This document shows, piece after piece, positions 28,578-37,370 of a stretch of DNA of 64,000 nucleotides (position 1 is its first letter; each line of letters starts with the position of its first letter). Position numbers and translations under genes: made by a program. This stretch comes from an uncultured virus (IMG/VR IMGVR_UViG_3300046546_000013). Its lineage: Duplodnaviria > Heunggongvirae > Uroviricota > Caudoviricetes. The stretch lies in the IMG/VR virus record IMGVR_UViG_3300046546_000013. One strand, 5' to 3'. The notes beneath the pieces are model-generated. The model made no database searches. It was not told where the DNA came from and saw nothing but the letters and a program-made list of their open reading frames with translations.

Positions 28578-29315
28578 TTACTCTCTGTAATAATCATAGA
28601 TTTCTAAGTAGCCAGATATATCACTCGGAAGATAATCAGACGTCGTCACAATTATTTCTTGTAATAGTGTTTTGCTTAATTCCACTAGATCATTTAAATC
28701 ACCCAAGTTGATAATCTCTATAGACAACAAACTGTAACGAATTATTTAGTTTAATCCGAGCTTTGTCAGTGCGTTATTTAGCTAGAAAGTAACCGCTATT
28801 CCTATACCAATGTTTTTAATTTTTATATTACAGTTTTCTTTCTATAATATTTTGTACCAATTTAGCAATATTTTTCTCATGAAATTTTCATAGTTTTTTC
28901 CATTATTTTTTCACTAAAAACATATCGATAGTATACTTAAATTATTTAATTATCCGATATTTCTTTAAAGGACTTGAAATGTAATGAGAAGCCAGAAACA
29001 AATTACAATAAAAGATTTTTTTAATACTAAGAGTAATATCATTAATTTACTAAATTCAATTAATCAGGATAACAAAAAAGAACTCGAATTCGTTTTTTCA
29101 AAATTTTTTCCATATGGTAAAATAAAAATTTTCGATCTTTTCCAAAATAAGCCTTTACATAAAAAGGTTTGTCGACAATCAGTGCCTTCCTATCCTCAAC
29201 CGATTACTTTTTACAATCAAAATTATTATCCAAGCATTTGTAGAGTTTTTATTCTATTCAAATTATTATTCATACATAATCTACTTCACACTGTTCAATA
29301 ACGTAATTATTTCTA

Positions 29316-29341
29316 GTTTTCAATCTCTGTCGATTAGCTAC
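29316..29341. repeat. Putative recombination site R2
   Basis: gttttcaat-ctctgtcg-attagctac. Confidence 0.55.
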
Positions 29342-29510
29342 TCTTCTTAAATTTTTTTACGCTCAATAGCGTTGGTTGCAAATAGTATTCAAAGGCATAA
29401 AATTTCTCGCAACTTGGACACTGTTCCTCTGTAAATTCTTCTTCAGGAGCGATTTCGTGAATTTCAGTTTCATAAATCGTCCCACAATATGGACATTCGA
29501 TACCTAACAT
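29334..29510 (-). CDS. Zinc-ribbon protein (58 aa; not in the track)
   Basis: GAGGAGG RBS; CPYCG...CPSC. Confidence 0.75.
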   Translation of the reverse strand: MLGIECPYCGTIYETEIHEIAPEEEFTEEQCPSCEKFYAFEYYLQPTLLSVKKFKKSS

Positions 29511-29526
29511 AATTTGTCCTCCTCTA

Positions 29527-29552
29527 TTCCGTTATCTCTTCCAATTCTGGAA
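29527..29552. repeat. Putative recombination site R1
   Basis: ttccgttat-ctcttcca-attctggaa. Confidence 0.6.
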
Positions 29553-29855
29553 TTATTTCAGGTCACTGGATTTAACGAAAACACCATTGACCATCTTCCC
29601 AGTTCGCCCTTTGATTTCGTCATAAGCGAAATTCAAGCACTCGTATAAATCCATGTCGTTTTGCAAAGCTAAAATAATAATGGTCACAGCAACATCTCCG
29701 ATGCCATCGCGTAATGCATCTTGGTCATTTCTAGCTAATGCAGCCGCAACTTCTCCGACTTCTTCGACAACTTTCAGCATTTGCTTGCTGGAATCTGCCT
29801 TATCAAGTCCCTTGTTTTTCGCCCACTGCTCTACTGATTCAATTAATACATCCAT
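29553..29855 (-). CDS. MazG-like NTP pyrophosphohydrolase
   Basis: KVVEEVGE...DGIGD...AYDEIKGRTG motif. Confidence 0.85.
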   Translation of the reverse strand: MDVLIESVEQWAKNKGLDKADSSKQMLKVVEEVGEVAAALARNDQDALRDGIGDVAVTIIILALQNDMDLYECLNFAYDEIKGRTGKMVNGVFVKSSDLK

Positions 29856-29875
29856 GTTATTCCCTCCAATTTAAG

Positions 29876-29945
29876 TTATGCACATATCCACAAAGTTATG
29901 CACAATATATTGTAGGAACGTATTTTCGCCCACTATATATTGATT
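29876..29945. promoter_or_regulatory. Cluster of DnaA-box-like and tandem NrdR-box-like motifs
   Basis: TTATGCACA x2 and ATATCCACA; CAATATATTG and CTATATATTG 30 bp apart. Confidence 0.55.
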
Positions 29946-30141
29946 ACTTTGTTCTTTTATAGCCCAATTCAATCAAAAACTCTTCCCTTTGGTTCAAAGC
30001 GTTACGATAAATCGCCTGTACACCAATTTGATCCGCATAGGCTTTTCCTTCTTGACTAGTAATAAAACGATAGGTCCTTGCTGTTTCATCTACTAAAATC
30101 GCGTGAAATTCGTTGTAATAAATTCTTTTCAAAATATTCAC
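29944..30141 (-). CDS. Hypothetical protein
   Basis: Starts right after the recombinase stop; GAGG RBS. Confidence 0.6.
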   Translation of the reverse strand: MNILKRIYYNEFHAILVDETARTYRFITSQEGKAYADQIGVQAIYRNALNQREEFLIELGYKRTK

Positions 30142-30142
30142 C

Positions 30143-31141
30143 TCAACTTACAAACTTTTGATGGGAGATCTTCACTTCATCATCATTGATCATCGAGTAA
30201 GCCATCGTAGTCTCAATATTTTCATGACCGAGGAACCTAGAAACGAGTTCTATCGGCATCCCGTGTCTTCTCGCAAGTGTTGCGGCTGTCCTTCTGAATC
30301 TGTGTGGGTGAACATTCAAAACACCTGCACGTTCCCCTAGACGATTGACCAACTTTTGGATTCCGGCATTAGTCATCTCTTTCCCTCTCGTCTGTCCATA
30401 AAATAATGGACCAGTGATGTGAGGCACCTCTTTTAAGTAATAATTCAATGCCAGCTTTGCCTTGGCATTAAAGTATAAAGTTCTTTGCTTGTTGCCTTTT
30501 CCAATCACTTCAATCGAATCATTTTCTTGGTCATAGTTACTAAAATTGAGAGAAACCAATTCAGAGACTCGACATCCAGTACTCAATAGCAGTTCGATGA
30601 TTAGCGTTTCTTTCGCATTAGATGCAGCAATTCGTAGCTTTTCAACTTCAAGCTCGCTGAATTCTTGTTTGCGCCTTTTGGGTACTTTTATCTTTTCCAC
30701 CCTTGCGCCAGGATCTCGATCGATAAACTCTTCGATATACAGCCAGTGAAAGAACCTAACGATGCAGCCACGTTCACGAGCAAGCGTACCTTTAGATATT
30801 CGATCCTGAATTTCCCTGTTGGCAATAAACAATCGAATGTCATTTGTGGTGATATCCTTAAACGGCTTTCTAAGCTTGCTCATGAAGAAGTTGATCGTCT
30901 GCATATAAAGTTTCAACGTTCCGTCTGAAAGCCCCTGAATCTTCTTTGACACCATAAATTGATGGTATGCAGCTGCATCGGATCTCTCATCATAGATCAC
31001 TACATCAGTTGAAGTTTTAACTAAGTCGAAGGAATCCAAATGCATCAATAGAAGCATATTTACTTTCCTAAGTTGTTCTGGATCCAAATCATTTTCTAAA
31101 TCTCCAACAATTTTATTAATCAGCGACTCCTTGTTGGTCAT
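30143..31141 (-). CDS. Second tyrosine recombinase (XerC/D-like) in the early region
   Basis: GCRVSEL, GKGNKQR, HPHRFRRT and LGHENIETTMAY: full R-K-H-R-H-Y set. Confidence 0.9.
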   Translation of the reverse strand: MTNKESLINKIVGDLENDLDPEQLRKVNMLLLMHLDSFDLVKTSTDVVIYDERSDAAAYHQFMVSKKIQGLSDGTLKLYMQTINFFMSKLRKPFKDITTNDIRLFIANREIQDRISKGTLARERGCIVRFFHWLYIEEFIDRDPGARVEKIKVPKRRKQEFSELEVEKLRIAASNAKETLIIELLLSTGCRVSELVSLNFSNYDQENDSIEVIGKGNKQRTLYFNAKAKLALNYYLKEVPHITGPLFYGQTRGKEMTNAGIQKLVNRLGERAGVLNVHPHRFRRTAATLARRHGMPIELVSRFLGHENIETTMAYSMINDDEVKISHQKFVS

Positions 31142-31150
31142 CGTTCACTC

Positions 31151-31333
31151 CTAACCGAAACTCTTTCGAATTTCATATTCGTGGTCGATCAACTCTTTCA
31201 ATGTATCTTTGGGATATAATTTCTTGCCCGACCGCTTTTGATGCTGCACACACAACCACTGAAACTTTTCGATGGTTGCATCATCCATAGCGTATCTGGG
31301 TCTTTTTTTCTTCGTAGCCAACAGGTGGGACAC
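31151..31333 (-). CDS. Small basic protein, possibly DNA-binding
   Basis: AGGAGG RBS; 60 aa, basic. Confidence 0.55.
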   Translation of the reverse strand: MSHLLATKKKRPRYAMDDATIEKFQWLCVQHQKRSGKKLYPKDTLKELIDHEYEIRKSFG

Positions 31334-31363
31334 CTCCTATGAAATGGTGGGACACCTTGAGGG

Positions 31364-31669
31364 TTACTCCTTCCAGCGGTAAATTCGCCCTTGTTTATCA
31401 GGTTTCCCACTTTGGATTAAATTTTTAACAGTGACTTTGGACTTCTTGCATTTCTCACTAACGGTTTTCTTATTTCCTGTAAAAATGACGTCCCCTTTAT
31501 ACAGGACCTCAACTAAACGTTTTTCAGGGTTTACACCTTCATAGAGATCCTTCCGAAGCTTTTCCCATTCTCTTTTGGCATCGGGGTCTTTTTCAAGATC
31601 GACTTTTTCCGCAAGGTAAACCATCCGTTGCCGGCGAATCTTTTTTTCAAGACTTTTTTCTTTATCCAT
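31364..31669 (-). CDS. Hypothetical protein, possible C-terminal HTH
   Basis: GGAGGTG RBS. Confidence 0.6.
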   Translation of the reverse strand: MDKEKSLEKKIRRQRMVYLAEKVDLEKDPDAKREWEKLRKDLYEGVNPEKRLVEVLYKGDVIFTGNKKTVSEKCKKSKVTVKNLIQSGKPDKQGRIYRWKE

Positions 31670-31673
31670 CTAA

Positions 31674-32519
31674 CTAACCACCTCCCTTTTTGTTTAGATA
31701 GGCTTGGACCTTAGCATTTATTTCCGCTTGGCGTTCTGGGGCAATTTCAGGCTCTGGTTCAGGATTAACGAACCTTTCAGGCAATGGTTCTTCTCGAATA
31801 AAAGGTTTCTTCATTCGCTTTTGGTTACTTGTTTCTTTTTTTATCTCAAACTTGAGACTGTCAAATTTTTCTCTCAGCTTTTTAGCACTTCTGATATTGC
31901 CAAACCAAAACTCACTTGAAGGAAGCCAATTGATCACATATTCCATTTGTTTGATAGTACGATCATCCTTTTCCTCCATAAGGCGGATAACATCTGCCCA
32001 TTTTTCCAAGTTGGCTTTTTTCATTTCTTTAGGAAAATCATATATCAAATTATTTTTAAGCTTCGAAGCAAGCGTGAAGTGTTCGGTAGAATACTTCACA
32101 GGAGGAGTTTCAACTTCTTCTTTATTTGTATTATTAAATGTATTATTAATAGATGTATTATTATCTTGATAGATTTCTGGGTGAGGGGTCACCCATTTTT
32201 CTGGGCTACACCCTACATTTTTCTGGGTGGGGCCGTCTAGAATTCTGATATACCTAGCTTCAATTTCCTTAGTCCCTTTTTTGTATTTGACCTCTCTGTA
32301 TATGAACCCCCTATCTTCAAGGGACTTAAGCCAATTTTGAATAGTAGACTTACCTACTTTATACTGACTGGCGAAATAGTCATTACTTGCCCAGCAATAG
32401 CCTTTTTCATTGCACAAGGCGGTAATTTCTCCGTACAAAAGTTTTGCGTTAGGTATTAAAGTATCGTCATATCTAACACTGGCAGGAATTACTGCAAAAT
32501 AACTTCGGTGATCACTCAC
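31674..32519 (-). CDS. Replication initiator (replisome organizer)
   Basis: YFAVIPASVRYD..AKLLYGEI..GYCWASN HTH; C-terminal FWFGNIRSAKKLREKF; internal iterons. Confidence 0.85.
   Translation of the reverse strand: MSDHRSYFAVIPASVRYDDTLIPNAKLLYGEITALCNEKGYCWASNDYFASQYKVGKSTIQNWLKSLEDRGFIYREVKYKKGTKEIEARYIRILDGPTQKNVGCSPEKWVTPHPEIYQDNNTSINNTFNNTNKEEVETPPVKYSTEHFTLASKLKNNLIYDFPKEMKKANLEKWADVIRLMEEKDDRTIKQMEYVINWLPSSEFWFGNIRSAKKLREKFDSLKFEIKKETSNQKRMKKPFIREEPLPERFVNPEPEPEIAPERQAEINAKVQAYLNKKGGG
32127..32230. other. Putative phage replication origin
   Basis: TTTCTGGG iterons at 32174, 32198 and 32220 next to three TGTATTATTA AT-rich repeats, inside the initiator gene. Confidence 0.7.
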
Positions 32520-33237
32520 GATACTCCTCCTCAATAGCTTTCTTGAACAAATCTTCCGTTTCGTATTCTTCATCAAATCGCATAATTTGGGCGTTGTTCA
32601 TAATGCCGATCTTGATCAATGCCTCTTGGTCTAAGTAGACTGGTTTGATTTGATATTTTTGAATAAACTCTTCTTGACCTAAGTTGTGAGCGATATTGTG
32701 GTACTTCCAACTCAAAGCAACAAATGGAAACTTCCGATGATCGACTTTGTTCCTGTGTCGGTTTCCTACCGCTGTTACATGGTGGATCTGCGCGCCTGAT
32801 TGACCAGTTACTGCGCATTTGCGGTATTTGCAGCAGAAGTAGAAGAAACTATCGTGTTCCAGAAGATAGTTATAACGCCTAGGCAGTTGAACCCCTTCTG
32901 CAACAACGTATTCGATTAGAAAGTCAATCCATCGGTTCATCTCTGATTTACTAGCCTCAGCATGGCTGAACTCACAATCGTACGTATTTTGATAAATGTT
33001 TCGCATTTTCTCTTTCGCTTCATAGCGTGGAATATTTTCACTCTCAGCAATATCTTTGATCAATGAATGAGACAATGCATTTTGCTTCGCACTTCTGGGG
33101 TCATTATCTATAAACTGAATTTCTGCGAATCCCTCCTGTCCCCTGCGGATCGTTTCAAGGTGCTCAGGATTCACATTCTCGTCAACTTCCAGTAGAAATC
33201 TGTTCCCCTGTTGCTTTAGAATCTTGGCTAGCATCAC
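32512..33237 (-). CDS. Putative HNH-like nuclease (NinB/DUF968-like)
   Basis: RSAKQNAL; CAVTG...IHH...HNIAH motif. Confidence 0.7.
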   Translation of the reverse strand: MMLAKILKQQGNRFLLEVDENVNPEHLETIRRGQEGFAEIQFIDNDPRSAKQNALSHSLIKDIAESENIPRYEAKEKMRNIYQNTYDCEFSHAEASKSEMNRWIDFLIEYVVAEGVQLPRRYNYLLEHDSFFYFCCKYRKCAVTGQSGAQIHHVTAVGNRHRNKVDHRKFPFVALSWKYHNIAHNLGQEEFIQKYQIKPVYLDQEALIKIGIMNNAQIMRFDEEYETEDLFKKAIEEEYRE

Positions 33238-34148
33238 TCAATCACTTCTATAACATCAATTTTTAATTCAACAATTCGTTTGTTTAGCTCAAAAAATTTT
33301 GCTTCCGATCCTCCAAGCTTTATAGTTGAGACTTTTTCATAAACCGGCGTTTCCCTTTCTCCGACTGATTCTTCTTTGATTTCGCCAGTCTCTAAGTCAA
33401 TTGGCACCGAGGGGACATGCTCTTTTTGTTTGACTTCTTGGATAACTTCTTCGCCTATAGCGATACGAGCTTTTTGCTCTGCCACGACTTGATTGATTTG
33501 ATCAAAGACTTCTTGCAATTCGTGGCCTTGATCGATCCAACGAACCCAAGAGAATGGATCTAAGCCAACAGCCTGCGCATAGCTTTCAACTGCTTGTTTA
33601 TTCGCTGCTAATGTTTGTTTCTTTGTCACGATTTCATTAATGGTATCTGTGATTTCTTTACTGATCGCTTTTGTTAATTCACCCTTAGCAGCAGTGAATG
33701 AACCTTTATTTGTCCATCGATCAGAAATTTCAATTTCACTTGGATCGACACCTAATGCACTGCACAGATCCTCTATTTTTTCTTTCACTTTCTGCAATCG
33801 GGAATCACGTTCTTTCGTTTCGAACTTTTCGAGGCTCTGAGAAATTCCTTCTTTTGCCGCTTCCATCTGATTAACAAATGTCTTGATCTTGGCTTCAAAT
33901 GCTTTTAACGGCTCTGAATACCCGTTTTTTACTTCTTTTCGTTTTTCTTCCAGCAATTTGATAATGTTATTCAGAGACGATCGTGCATCTTTAGCTCCTT
34001 GGATGTCTCCTTCACTAAAGGTCAAACTTTTGTAATGATTGGCGGTATTTTTAACAAGCGCTTCAAGCTCTGCTTCATTTTTGATTTCAATGGTACTTGG
34101 TGTATAGTCAATCTGAATTGATGTGTCTGTTTTGATTAATTCATTCAT
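33234..34148 (-). CDS. DUF1351-like coiled-coil protein
   Basis: AKDARSSLN..KRKEVK..PLKAFE motif; next to Sak. Confidence 0.7.
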   Translation of the reverse strand: MNELIKTDTSIQIDYTPSTIEIKNEAELEALVKNTANHYKSLTFSEGDIQGAKDARSSLNNIIKLLEEKRKEVKNGYSEPLKAFEAKIKTFVNQMEAAKEGISQSLEKFETKERDSRLQKVKEKIEDLCSALGVDPSEIEISDRWTNKGSFTAAKGELTKAISKEITDTINEIVTKKQTLAANKQAVESYAQAVGLDPFSWVRWIDQGHELQEVFDQINQVVAEQKARIAIGEEVIQEVKQKEHVPSVPIDLETGEIKEESVGERETPVYEKVSTIKLGGSEAKFFELNKRIVELKIDVIEVIE

Positions 34149-34905
34149 CAGATATTTTCCCCCATGTAAATGATTTAGTTTCATTCTTTTTCGGTACTGC
34201 TTGTTCAGATATTTTAGCTTTCTGAATTTTTTCCGCTTCAAGTTTCAAACGATTTGCACGATTCAAAATAGACCCATACTCATTTTTATTTAATTGATCA
34301 AATGGTGTTTGTATTTTTGTGTTTTCTCGTATATTTGCAACAAGGATTTCAAAATCAGTGTCTGTCGCTTGAGCAACAACATTGAGTATTTCGTCCAAAT
34401 AGCCGACTTGTTCCTCGCTAATTAGTTCTGGCTTAGAAATATCTTCTGGCATATCTTCCCCTGCATATAGATACAAGCCTAATCCATGTTTGGCCAACGC
34501 TTTAACAAAGCAGCGTTTATTACTAGTGTTAATTTGAAAACTGTTAGGATTAGATACTGGATACTTGGCTTTTTCAACAATTGGCAGCCATTCTGTTTCT
34601 GCCTTACCTTGAAATGTCACAGTGTTTCTCACGAAAAATCCTTGTGGTGTTTTTAAATAAGGGACCGTAACCCCTTCAATCATTCGAAATTGATTATCAA
34701 ACATTGGAAATTCGTGTACTTTTTCTGATGCCTCTGGATCGATACGCTTCATTTCTCGCCATCCGTATGACCACGAAAGATATTCAAGAGTATATTCTTG
34801 AGGCTCTCCTTGCTTGTCTGTATATTTTTGGACATTCTTTTTAACTGCTTTCTTTATGTCTCGGTTGTAAAGATCCTCAAAAGGAACAATTGCTTTTATT
34901 GTCAT
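34141..34905 (-). CDS. sak: Sak (Rad52-like) ssDNA annealing protein
   Basis: YLSWSYGW and RCFVKALAKHGLGLYLYAGED motifs. Confidence 0.85.
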   Translation of the reverse strand: MTIKAIVPFEDLYNRDIKKAVKKNVQKYTDKQGEPQEYTLEYLSWSYGWREMKRIDPEASEKVHEFPMFDNQFRMIEGVTVPYLKTPQGFFVRNTVTFQGKAETEWLPIVEKAKYPVSNPNSFQINTSNKRCFVKALAKHGLGLYLYAGEDMPEDISKPELISEEQVGYLDEILNVVAQATDTDFEILVANIRENTKIQTPFDQLNKNEYGSILNRANRLKLEAEKIQKAKISEQAVPKKNETKSFTWGKISDE

Positions 34906-35090
34906 AACGGCACCGGCTTTCCTAGTTTTGATTTGCAGTACTCCAACAGGTCATCCTCATGGATGAAGTGATCATCAATGGAATAGACTAGATCACCTTG
35001 GTATAAGGGATTGCCACGCCAATCAAATGCAATCGGATCTGGTTCATCTGGCGGCAATTGTCTTGCCCCTAGACTGTCAAATGAATTCAT
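34902..35090 (-). CDS. Hypothetical protein
   Basis: AAGGAG RBS. Confidence 0.6.
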   Translation of the reverse strand: MNSFDSLGARQLPPDEPDPIAFDWRGNPLYQGDLVYSIDDHFIHEDDLLEYCKSKLGKPVPL

Positions 35091-35116
35091 AGTATAATCT
35101 CCTTAACTAATAATGT

Positions 35117-35269
35117 TTACATTTGGTCTACACTAGCGGGAACTGGTGTAGACTCTTTTTTTCGTTTCATTCGTTCGATATGTTGTCTAGATCGAATTAA
35201 CGGCTTGTTGTGTCTGTACCATCGATCAGCAATGACTTTACCAATGCATAGCGCTTCTGCTCTACTCAT
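35117..35269 (-). CDS. Hypothetical protein (50 aa, MSRAEALC; not in the track)
   Basis: Overlaps the upstream stop codon; open frame. Confidence 0.5.
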   Translation of the reverse strand: MSRAEALCIGKVIADRWYRHNKPLIRSRQHIERMKRKKESTPVPASVDQM

Positions 35270-35441
35270 ATCGCTTCACTCTCCGTTCAAAAGTTGCTTC
35301 GTCATACAGCATTAGCCACCATATAGCTAAAACTGGAAAAGCAATTTTTAACCACGCTGGTACATCTCCTGTAATCAACACCCCAACAGCAAATGTGGAG
35401 AGAATTAATGCTACACGTCTGAGCCAATACACTTTTTTCAT
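35262..35441 (-). CDS. Small two-TM membrane protein
   Basis: GGAGG RBS; ATGA overlap with the antirepressor. Confidence 0.6.
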   Translation of the reverse strand: MKKVYWLRRVALILSTFAVGVLITGDVPAWLKIAFPVLAIWWLMLYDEATFERRVKRYE

Positions 35442-36151
35442 GCCCGATCCTCCATATCCAATTCTGTTTGAATCTGATTGATTCGTTCCTTGGTTACAGA
35501 TGACGGTTGCCAATGATCAATAAAACCCAGAACCTTTTGAAAATCCTTGTCTTTGATACGGCCACGATTTGGAACGTTGAACAATTGTTTGATGCTAGAT
35601 CCCAAATCCTGAAACAGCATGCTTTTTGCGCCTTGCCCAAGATGTTGATCCTTGCAGATCTGATAGACTTTCTTTTGAACCGCACGATCGATTGTTCCTT
35701 TGTCTTCAGTAGTGATCAACTTATTTTCTTCGATGTCTACCAGACGAGTGTTGATGTTATCAAGGCGTTGATTTGTTTCTTCGTTTGCTTCTAAAGCAAG
35801 TTTTGCTAATTCACGAGGCGAAGTTGGAATCTGTGGCTGCTGTTTGATGCGATCTTCCATTTTGTTGAATGCATCAATGTATTTAAGCTTGAATTGCAAT
35901 GCAGCCTTCCCTGTGAATCCCATAGCCAGCAATGTGAAGCCGTCTCGATTCATGATAATTTGCGGATAAGTTTGTTTATTTTGCGGATGGACGTAATTAT
36001 CTTCAAAAAATAAGTCTGTCCAATTTTGGACACCCTCTTTTAAATTCAACAGGTCTCTTAATACGTGCTGATGTTTCTTTCCGAATACTTCTGCAACTTG
36101 TAAACTACTTGTTACCGCTTGCTGATCTTTCATAATTGCTAAATTTGTCAT
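35438..36151 (-). CDS. Rha-family regulator/antirepressor with ORF6C-like C-terminus
   Basis: VTSSLQVAEVFGKKH and MNRDGFTLLAMGFTG motifs. Confidence 0.85.
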   Translation of the reverse strand: MTNLAIMKDQQAVTSSLQVAEVFGKKHQHVLRDLLNLKEGVQNWTDLFFEDNYVHPQNKQTYPQIIMNRDGFTLLAMGFTGKAALQFKLKYIDAFNKMEDRIKQQPQIPTSPRELAKLALEANEETNQRLDNINTRLVDIEENKLITTEDKGTIDRAVQKKVYQICKDQHLGQGAKSMLFQDLGSSIKQLFNVPNRGRIKDKDFQKVLGFIDHWQPSSVTKERINQIQTELDMEDRA

Positions 36152-36229
36152 TTTTCAATTTCCTTTCTTTGGTATAATTTCCTTATCAGTCAGTGGTCGG
36201 CTGAAATAATTGATAAGGGGGTGAAATTT

Positions 36230-36511
36230 ATGGCTCTCTATGCAATCACGTATGATTTGCACAAACCTAAACAAGATTACGAAACTCTACATGATACGAT
36301 TAAATCTCTAGGTGCTTATTCAAAAAGATTCGATTCATTTTGGCTCATAGATACATCGTTATCTGCATCAGAAATACGAGATAAAATCAATAATGTCATT
36401 GATTCAAATGATGTCGCACTAGTGATAGAGGTTCGCAAACATTGGGCTTCGCATAATCTTCCTAAAGAAGCTGTTGATTGGCTTAAAAGCGATAAGCGAA
36501 CTTTTAATTAG
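36230..36511 (+). CDS. Cas2/VapD-like ferredoxin-fold protein, antisense-oriented
   Basis: YAITYDL...Y..L...I...DSFWL pattern; own -10 and RBS. Confidence 0.6.
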   Translation: MALYAITYDLHKPKQDYETLHDTIKSLGAYSKRFDSFWLIDTSLSASEIRDKINNVIDSNDVALVIEVRKHWASHNLPKEAVDWLKSDKRTFN

Positions 36512-36677
36512 AAGAATCAACACCTGTATTAGATCTCATATCTTCAAATGGGATCTTTTTGATTTCAATTGATATAACGGAATCATCAATATTTAGTAAA
36601 ACTAATCGTTCTATCTCGATGCGAGATAATTTGGAATGTTTTTCTCCATGGCCACCTTCATCAATAATTAAATCCAT
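36504..36677 (-). CDS. Hypothetical protein (57 aa; not in the track)
   Basis: AAGGAGG RBS before MDLIIDEG. Confidence 0.55.
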   Translation of the reverse strand: MDLIIDEGGHGEKHSKLSRIEIERLVLLNIDDSVISIEIKKIPFEDMRSNTGVDSSN

Positions 36678-36711
36678 TAATATTTCCTCCTTTACATTTG
36701 TTCAAATGTTT

Positions 36712-36834
36712 CTATTCTTTCGAAACACTATTAGGATAATGAATAATTTTCACTAATTTTTGCTCTAGGTTGCTTCCGACAGCTTGGAGCAATTTTGTTA
36801 TTTCCCCTGGTGTTGCCTCGATTGTAATTTTCAT
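36712..36834 (-). CDS. Hypothetical peptide (40 aa, MKITIEATP)
   Basis: AAGGAGGG RBS. Confidence 0.5.
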   Translation of the reverse strand: MKITIEATPGEITKLLQAVGSNLEQKLVKIIHYPNSVSKE

Positions 36835-36850
36835 TTTGGTCCCTCCTTTT

Positions 36851-37138
36851 TCATGCAACCTCTGAAGGTTTCAATTTTTTTGATCTATAACGGTTAGCTT
36901 CTTTCCATTTCAAATACCAAAGGAATGTTCCAAGGTGAATCCAAGTTACGCTATGGGTTGGTTTTAAAACGCCCTCTTTGAATTCAGGAATACTCTCCAT
37001 CTCTTTTTGATACGTATTTAAAGTAGTACGAGATAACCCATTGAAACGAATCATTAAATCTTCACGCCTATCCCATTCAGAAATCGAAGTCTTATCCGTA
37101 GCCATTTTGATTAATTCCGGAATAGTTGGTTTTTTCAT
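36851..37138 (-). CDS. Putative excisionase/winged-helix DNA-binding protein
   Basis: Follows cro; GLSRTTL...FLWYLKWKE pattern. Confidence 0.55.
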   Translation of the reverse strand: MKKPTIPELIKMATDKTSISEWDRREDLMIRFNGLSRTTLNTYQKEMESIPEFKEGVLKPTHSVTWIHLGTFLWYLKWKEANRYRSKKLKPSEVA

Positions 37139-37350
37139 GCTTTTTCTCCTTTCTGTTCTTGATTTTCTTTTTCTAATAACATCTCAATAGAAACGTTCAA
37201 GTAATTAGATACTTTCAACAACTTTTCAGCTGAAGGCATTGATTTATTCCATTTAGAAATATAAGATGAGCTAAATCCTAAATCCCTCTCCATTTTGTTA
37301 ATAGAAACATCTTTTTGAAACGCAAGTTTTTTAATTTTTTCATACAACAA
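37135..37350 (-). CDS. cro: Cro-like XRE repressor
   Basis: 71-aa HTH protein divergent from cI. Confidence 0.85.
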   Translation of the reverse strand: MLYEKIKKLAFQKDVSINKMERDLGFSSSYISKWNKSMPSAEKLLKVSNYLNVSIEMLLEKENQEQKGEKA

Positions 37351-37370
37351 TCAAAATCCCTCCTTTCTAT

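Noticed and set aside
28984..29301. 105-aa plus-strand ORF
   Set aside because: Weak RBS and composition typical of a chance frame in AT-rich DNA; not listed as a gene
27623..29552. R sites as a CRISPR array, integron attC sites or host pdif sites
   Set aside because: Spacing is 211-764 bp with genes in between; there are no long attC-type hairpins; the arms lack the TTATG(T) XerD signature of dif, though weak similarity (AAACT end) remains
36230..36511. Cas2-like gene as evidence of a CRISPR-Cas system
   Set aside because: No cas1, effector genes or repeat-spacer array in the window
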